From a virus, in the IMG/VR virus record IMGVR_UViG_3300033141_004211, positions 1 to 64,000 of that record: 64,000 nt of DNA; one strand, 5' to 3'. The notes under the pieces are model-generated. The model saw nothing but the letters and a program-made list of their open reading frames with translations. It ran no database searches and had not been told where the DNA came from. Position 1 is the stretch's first letter; every line of letters begins with the position of its first letter. Positions 63,579 through 64,000 of this stretch are shown piece by piece. A program made the translations under genes and the position numbers.

Positions 63579-64000
63579 ATGGCATTAGAAATTATTCTCA
63601 AGGTCGAAGCCCGATATAGCCACCGATGCATGATTGGCGACGGTAGAATCGTCGAAGTCGTCGAAGATGGCCAAACCCGCAAGCCAAGGAATGATAGCTT
63701 CAGGTTTGCTATAGCCTTCCTGAAGGATTCCGACTTTGAACCCGCCGGCCAGCCGGTACAGATCGGTCGCGCTGGATATTTCAAAACCTACAAGTATACC
63801 TACCGCAAGCCCGGCGTCTATGTCCAGTCCGAACACGGGCAATGGGCGGCTGCCTACCCCGTTGAGGGCGGGTGGAAGGTGCGCAAGAAGGGTGAGCAGG
63901 TGGAAACCTTCTACCGCACCCGACACGAGGCACTGAAAGCTGTAGATAACCACGTTGGGGTGAACCAGGACTACCTGGAACAGTTGCGCAAGGAAGGCAT
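63579..64000 (+). CDS. Hypothetical protein (3' end beyond window)
   Basis: Not in the ORF track because it has no stop. An AAGGAGG lies 7 nt upstream of ATG 63579, and the frame stays open to the window end (MALEIILKVEARYSHRCMIGDGRIVEVVEDGQTRKP...). It supersedes the two minus-strand track ORFs here. Confidence 0.65.
   Translation, partial: MALEIILKVEARYSHRCMIGDGRIVEVVEDGQTRKPRNDSFRFAIAFLKDSDFEPAGQPVQIGRAGYFKTYKYTYRKPGVYVQSEHGQWAAAYPVEGGWKVRKKGEQVETFYRTRHEALKAVDNHVGVNQDYLEQLRKEG

Noticed and set aside
63503-63953. Two minus-strand track ORFs of 93 and 122 aa at the right edge.
   Set aside because: A plus-strand frame with a perfect promoter and an AAGGAGG RBS is open from 63579 to the window end. 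It gives a more protein-like translation, so the minus-strand ORFs are likely antisense artefacts.
1-64000. tRNA, tmRNA, rRNA, integrase/att sites and CRISPR arrays.
   Set aside because: Scanning by eye, I found no T-loop/acceptor arrangements, no tyrosine or serine recombinase motifs, and no repeat-spacer arrays. I therefore cannot say whether this is an integrated prophage or a free phage genome.

Overview
The window reads as one large, siphovirus-like phage or prophage segment with about 53% GC. Almost every gene is on the minus strand. A single divergent plus-strand gene starts at 63579. All calls rest on motifs read from the translations and on repeats and hairpins seen in the DNA. No database search was possible, so family names are motif-level calls.

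Layout from low to high coordinates, which is the reverse of the transcription order:
- 1-17.4 kb: structural module. It holds the portal, a prohead protease-scaffold fusion, the major capsid, neck proteins, the tail tube, a 1299-aa tape measure and a tail tip protein. A glycosyltransferase sits among these genes.
- 17.3-36.5 kb: an unusual ~19 kb sugar-modification island with at least 8 glycosyltransferases, 3 methyltransferases, an epimerase, a cupin, an acetyltransferase, a radical SAM enzyme and an oxidoreductase. It has no membrane export or polymerisation genes.
- 36.5-48.7 kb: a mosaic of accessory, lysis and replication genes. These include a LAGLIDADG endonuclease, a holin, a solo TnpB IS element, a wHTH initiator-like gene with iterons, a DUF5131 protein and a thioredoxin.
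- 49-55.7 kb: repeat- and structure-rich non-coding DNA, a minimal PolX, an ATP-dependent DNA ligase and a duplicated copy of the ligase OB domain.
- 56.1-63.5 kb: the most interesting locus. It is a translationally coupled operon that interleaves a DpdA-like DNA transglycosylase and a QueT transporter with an array-less, type IV-like Csf1/Cas11/Csf2/Csf3 set. A ParB-like/MT-A70 fusion lies upstream.

Several perfect sigma70-type promoters, promoter-terminator mini-cassettes and repeated structured elements are also visible.
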